From the NCBI GenBank assembly GCA_964602665.1, contig CAZRRH010000002.1, positions 62,171 through 126,170 of the forward strand: DNA of 64,000 nucleotides, read 5' to 3'. This document shows positions 59,768 through 64,000 of the stretch, one piece after another. Origin of the DNA: an uncultured Candidatus Saccharibacteria bacterium (GTDB lineage: Bacteria; Patescibacteriota; Dojkabacteria; SC72; WJKH01). The notes under the pieces are model-generated. The model had not been told where the DNA came from. It saw nothing but the letters and a program-made list of their open reading frames with translations, and made no database searches. Position 1 is the first letter of the stretch. The number at the start of each line of letters is the position of its first letter. The position numbers and the translations under genes were made by a program.

Positions 59768-61891
59768 ATGAGAAAGATAGATATAATAATTCCTCTTTTT
59801 AACGGGCAAGATTTTTTTGTTAAGTGTCTTGAGTCAGTTTTAAAATATAATGATCTTGATAAACTCAATATAGTGATTATTGATGATGCAAGCACAGAAG
59901 ATAAACTTCTTGATTTCTTAAAGGAGGTGTCAGATAAAAAGATTCCAAACCTCACAATTTTAAAAAACGATAAAAATTACGGCTTTGTAAAAACTGTAAA
60001 TCGTGGAATGAGTCATAATAAAATTAATGATGTGATTTTGCTAAATACCGATACTGTGGTAACAGAAAATTGGTGGCAAAACATGGCAAAAGCTTGTTAT
60101 TCAAAAGATAATATCGCAACTGTAACGCCCTTGTCAAATAATGCAACTTTGACTTCTGTGCCAATTCCATTTGTTAAAAACGAGCTTTTTGATGGAGTAA
60201 CCGCTGAGGATTATAGCAAAATAGTACAAAGTGTTGGGGAGCCTAAATATTACGAATTACCAACGGCAAACGGTTTTTGTATGTACATATCTAGGCAGGC
60301 ACTTAATGAAATCGGACTTTTTGATTATGATAAATTTGGAGCAGGATATGGAGAAGAAACTGATTTTTGCTTACGAGCAAGAAAACGAGGATATATAAAC
60401 ATCGTTGCTGACAATGTTTATATAGAGCATCTTGGAAGCGCAACTTTTTCAATCAAAAGCAGGGAGCAGAAAGTTAAAAACGCCATTAAAATAATTAAAA
60501 AAGAGTACCCTAAATATTCTCGTGAAATATTTGATTTTGGATATAATAATCCACTAAAACCCCTGTGTGACAAAGTTAAAATATTACAGATGCTATGGAA
60601 ATACCAGCAGAAAAAGAAACTTTTATTATACAAACATTATGAGGCGACTACAGCAGGAACAGGTGTTTATGTTTATGACATAGCTAGAAGTAAATCTAGT
60701 GATTGGCTTTATATTGTTATGTGTCCAACACCGCATGATCAGCATAAAATTGAAATTATGACGGATAATGGAGTTGTGACATTTAATATTTCATCAAATG
60801 AACCCATTGAAAAAATTATTGATATGCTAGGGATTGATTTGTTGCATGTTAACTTTTTGACTGATTATATTAAGAAATCATTAAAAAACATTGAGATACC
60901 CAAAATCATATCTGTGCATGAATACAGCTTTATTTCTCCCGACAATCCTTTTATTGTAATCCCGGGAAAGCATGGTAGAGATCGTTTTGCAAAAAGCCTT
61001 GTTGACTACTTTAAAAAAGTGGATAGGAGCGAGCAGGAAGAAATCGATCAGAAATTAACAGAAATATACTCTCAATTTGATAAAATACTTTTCTTGTCGC
61101 CTTATATGCTTGAGCAAATTAAAACTATTTTTCCCAAAAAAACCAAGATTTTTGATGAAAAAACAATTATTTTACCGCCCAAATTGACACCCTTTAGTAA
61201 GATAAAGAGTAAAGATGGTAAAAAGACTATCGCATATTTAGCCCCTAGTGTTGAACATAAAGGCATAATTGAGTATTTGGAAATTTGTTCTGATCCTCAA
61301 ATAAGACAAAAATACAAATTCTTAGCAATTGGTAGTGTTAAGCATATTCCAAGACCGCTTTTAAAAATGCCCAAATTACTTATTTTCTTTGGATTTAAAG
61401 TAAAAAAAAGTGGTGAATATAAGAAAGAAGAGCTTGGAAAGATATTTGAAGATAATAATGTAGAAATAGTAATTATTCCATCGCTTTTTGCTGAAACATA
61501 CAGTTATACTTTATCTGAAGCTAGTATGCTTGTTGACAAGGTTTTGGTAAATAGCGTAGGAGCACTTGCTTGGCGAGCAAAACATGAAAATATCGCTACA
61601 GAATACAACTGTACTGAAGAAGCAAAGAAGATAATATTGCATAATAGTTTTAAAAAAACTGACAATATAAATACAAAAGAAGGAGAGTTTATAGAGAAGT
61701 ATCATCAAATAACAGATGAATATGTTAAAAACAGTAGAAGTGGTATAATACTTGACATCGAGATAGATTTATCTGACAACACAACTAATAAAAGAGGCGT
61801 AAAAAATCGAATAAGAGAAAGGTTAATTGGTACTTGGGTGATGAAACTAATTAAAGATATCAAATATTACAAAAATGAGTATTTGGGGTAG
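59768..61891 (+). CDS. Bifunctional GT2-GT4 glycosyltransferase
   Basis: N-terminal GT2 (IDDAS, NYGFVKTVNRG, LLNTD, YGEETDFC); C-terminal GT4 (HKG, PSLFAETYSYTLSEA). Confidence 0.9.
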   Translation: MRKIDIIIPLFNGQDFFVKCLESVLKYNDLDKLNIVIIDDASTEDKLLDFLKEVSDKKIPNLTILKNDKNYGFVKTVNRGMSHNKINDVILLNTDTVVTENWWQNMAKACYSKDNIATVTPLSNNATLTSVPIPFVKNELFDGVTAEDYSKIVQSVGEPKYYELPTANGFCMYISRQALNEIGLFDYDKFGAGYGEETDFCLRARKRGYINIVADNVYIEHLGSATFSIKSREQKVKNAIKIIKKEYPKYSREIFDFGYNNPLKPLCDKVKILQMLWKYQQKKKLLLYKHYEATTAGTGVYVYDIARSKSSDWLYIVMCPTPHDQHKIEIMTDNGVVTFNISSNEPIEKIIDMLGIDLLHVNFLTDYIKKSLKNIEIPKIISVHEYSFISPDNPFIVIPGKHGRDRFAKSLVDYFKKVDRSEQEEIDQKLTEIYSQFDKILFLSPYMLEQIKTIFPKKTKIFDEKTIILPPKLTPFSKIKSKDGKKTIAYLAPSVEHKGIIEYLEICSDPQIRQKYKFLAIGSVKHIPRPLLKMPKLLIFFGFKVKKSGEYKKEELGKIFEDNNVEIVIIPSLFAETYSYTLSEASMLVDKVLVNSVGALAWRAKHENIATEYNCTEEAKKIILHNSFKKTDNINTKEGEFIEKYHQITDEYVKNSRSGIILDIEIDLSDNTTNKRGVKNRIRERLIGTWVMKLIKDIKYYKNEYLG

Positions 61892-63827
61892 TAACGCAAA
61901 TCCTTCCAATACAAGGCTTGCAATTCGAAACTTAATACTTAAGTGCAATTTGTTACATAAGGGCTATAGTAATGCCAAGTATTTTTTCCAAGGTAGTCTA
62001 AAAAAAGATAATTATAATAATTGGATAAAAAATGTTGAGCAGCCGATGTTCGAAAAAGTCTATGAAAACACACTTCCTGAGCATTTTGTTTATCAGCCTA
62101 AAATAAGTATATTATTACCCGTATTTAATGTTCATCCTAAATATCTTAGTCGTGCAATTAAATCTGTGCAAGCTCAAAAAGCACAAAACTGGCAACTTTG
62201 CATTCATGACGATGGAAGTACATTATATAAAGATGAGAACAACTCTTTAATAAAAGAATTCATGAAAAAGGATGCAAGGATTTTTTACAGCGAATCAGCA
62301 AAGAATGAAAACTTATCAGAGTCTACTAATAAAGCATTTTTGTTGTCTACGGGCGATTTTGTAACATTCCTAGATCAAGATGATCAGCTTTCACCGTATG
62401 CAATTTATTTTGTGACCAAGACCTTAAATGAGGATAGAAAAATAAAAATAATTTATTCTGATGAAGATAATATTGCAGACATCAAAGATGAACAGTCACA
62501 AACTATCCGACAGAGTCATTTTTTTAAACCTGACTTTGCGCCTGATACTCTTTTGAGTATGCCTTATACCACGCATTTAACTGCTTATGAAAGCAAGCTT
62601 TTTAAGAAAATGGGAGGCTATAGAATAGGATATGAGGGTGCACAGGATTTTGATATGATACTTAGAGCTAGCGAAGTTGTTTCTTACGAGCAAATTTATC
62701 ATATCCCTCATGTGCTATATCATTGGAGGACGGTTGCTACATCAACAGCAAGCGCTAAGCAAACATACAAAGACAAAAGATATGCAGAAAACAAGTCTGG
62801 AATTGAGAAATCGCAAGAAAAAGCGCTAAAAGATGCTATAATGCGTCGTAAAGAAGGCAAAGATGTAAAAGCAGGCATGGTCAAAAACAGCTGGCAAGTA
62901 ATTTACCCAATCGATCCTAAAAAAGATAAAGTATACATACTTATCCCAACAAAAAACCGAGAGGATTTGCTTAAAATTTGTCTTGATAGCATAAAAGAGA
63001 GAAGTACATACAAAAATTATGAAGTCGTAATAATTGATAATCAATCCAGCACAAAAGAAAGCCTTGATTTCTTAGCAAATATTAAAAAAGAATATGGTAG
63101 AAAATTTAGCGTTATAAAACATGATAAGCCCTTTAACTACTCTGCAATAAATAATTATGCTGTTAATAAGAGCGTAAAAAGCTTAAAAAACGCTCACTTA
63201 CTATTTTTAAACAATGATACACAAGTTATTTCTCCTGACTGGATTGAGCAAATGCTTATGCATAGTAAAAGGGATAGTATTGGTGTTGTTGGGGCGCTAC
63301 TACTTTTTGCGAATGAGACTGTACAACACGCTGGAATTGCAATTGGGACAGGTATTGTTGGAACATATTTAAAAGATGACATAGTTAAATATAGTCGCGA
63401 TGAAAGCGCAATAATTCGCGTTGCATCAGAGTATCACAAGTACTACAATGCAAAAAACTCTGGCTATATGGAGAGATTAAAAATTGTAAATAATGTCTCT
63501 GCAGTCACGGGTGCCTGCATGATGATAAAAGCTTCCCTTTTTAAGAAATTAGGCGGCTTTGACGAGCAGAATTTGCCAATAACTTGCAATGATATGGACT
63601 TGTGCTTAAAGGCTCTTGAAAAAGGTCTTAGAAATATTTATACTCCTTATGCAAAACTTTATCATTACGAGAGTTATACTCGTAAAGAAGAGACATATAT
63701 TGAGAAAATCAGTGATGTCAAACTTGAGGAGATTAACTTTTTTAGAAAAAAATGGTCCAAATATATTGATCACGATCCTTATTATAATAAAAATTTCAGT
63801 AAGGATAATGCTAATTTTGAGATATAA
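61875..63827 (+). CDS. Double-domain GT2 glycosyltransferase
   Basis: DDGS, LDQDD, YSDED, GAQDFD, HVLYHWR; second GT2 with FLNND, AVTGACMM, LYHYES. Confidence 0.92.
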   Translation: MSIWGSNANPSNTRLAIRNLILKCNLLHKGYSNAKYFFQGSLKKDNYNNWIKNVEQPMFEKVYENTLPEHFVYQPKISILLPVFNVHPKYLSRAIKSVQAQKAQNWQLCIHDDGSTLYKDENNSLIKEFMKKDARIFYSESAKNENLSESTNKAFLLSTGDFVTFLDQDDQLSPYAIYFVTKTLNEDRKIKIIYSDEDNIADIKDEQSQTIRQSHFFKPDFAPDTLLSMPYTTHLTAYESKLFKKMGGYRIGYEGAQDFDMILRASEVVSYEQIYHIPHVLYHWRTVATSTASAKQTYKDKRYAENKSGIEKSQEKALKDAIMRRKEGKDVKAGMVKNSWQVIYPIDPKKDKVYILIPTKNREDLLKICLDSIKERSTYKNYEVVIIDNQSSTKESLDFLANIKKEYGRKFSVIKHDKPFNYSAINNYAVNKSVKSLKNAHLLFLNNDTQVISPDWIEQMLMHSKRDSIGVVGALLLFANETVQHAGIAIGTGIVGTYLKDDIVKYSRDESAIIRVASEYHKYYNAKNSGYMERLKIVNNVSAVTGACMMIKASLFKKLGGFDEQNLPITCNDMDLCLKALEKGLRNIYTPYAKLYHYESYTRKEETYIEKISDVKLEEINFFRKKWSKYIDHDPYYNKNFSKDNANFEI

Positions 63828-63845
63828 ATTATAATTAAATAAATT

Positions 63846-64000
63846 ATGAAATATCTAATATTTGCCGGCGGGAGTGGTACAAGATTTTGGCCTCTAAGTA
63901 GGAAAAATGAGCCAAAACAGTTTTTAAAAATATTTAATGGCAAATCAACATTTGAGCTTGCGGTTGAAAGAGCATTTAAAAACTGTAATGCAGATGATAT
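63846..64000 (+). CDS. manC: Mannose-1-phosphate guanylyltransferase (3'-truncated by window edge)
   Basis: MKYLIFAGGSGTRFWPLSRKNEPKQFL. Confidence 0.85.
   Translation, partial: MKYLIFAGGSGTRFWPLSRKNEPKQFLKIFNGKSTFELAVERAFKNCNADD

Noticed and set aside
1-64000. Alternative genetic code (TGA=Gly/Trp)
   Set aside because: Conserved genes are intact under code 11, and TGA terminates ftsW, ftsX and others in ATGA-type overlaps.

Overview
An AT-rich, gene-dense bacterial chromosomal segment using genetic code 11 (TGA serves as a stop). Gene content suggests Patescibacteria/CPR, possibly Dojkabacteria-like (inference): archaeal-type Cmk, Thermus/archaeal-type ProRS, a holin-secG-OppA block, a TrmB-type regulator, and cohesin and lamin-tail surface proteins. 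About 1-35 kb is housekeeping: 5 tRNAs, ftsW-murG, clpC, proS, an OmpR-family two-component system, gpmI, prfB-ftsE-ftsX-M23 peptidase, and a glyA-fhs-ATP-grasp-5FCL folate cluster. From 35.6 kb to the end is a large surface-glycan locus (wzm/wzt, galE, gmd, many GT2/GT4/GT-C enzymes, methyltransferases, a flippase, partial manC). Most notable: (1) a four-helix-bundle (IVS/Avd-like) gene wrapped in oppositely oriented degenerate 7-bp repeat arrays, with the same heptamer family also at the clpC 3' end and in-frame inside a membrane gene; (2) a 113-nt tRNA-Leu(CAG) with a ~19-bp variable arm; (3) a structured mini-element duplicating the tRNA-Gly 3' end; (4) an apparently circularly permuted M23 peptidase; (5) a ~1-kb identical direct repeat bracketing 12.6 kb of glycan genes; (6) frequent leaderless-type promoter geometry. 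All calls come from reading the sequence by eye; no database searches were run.
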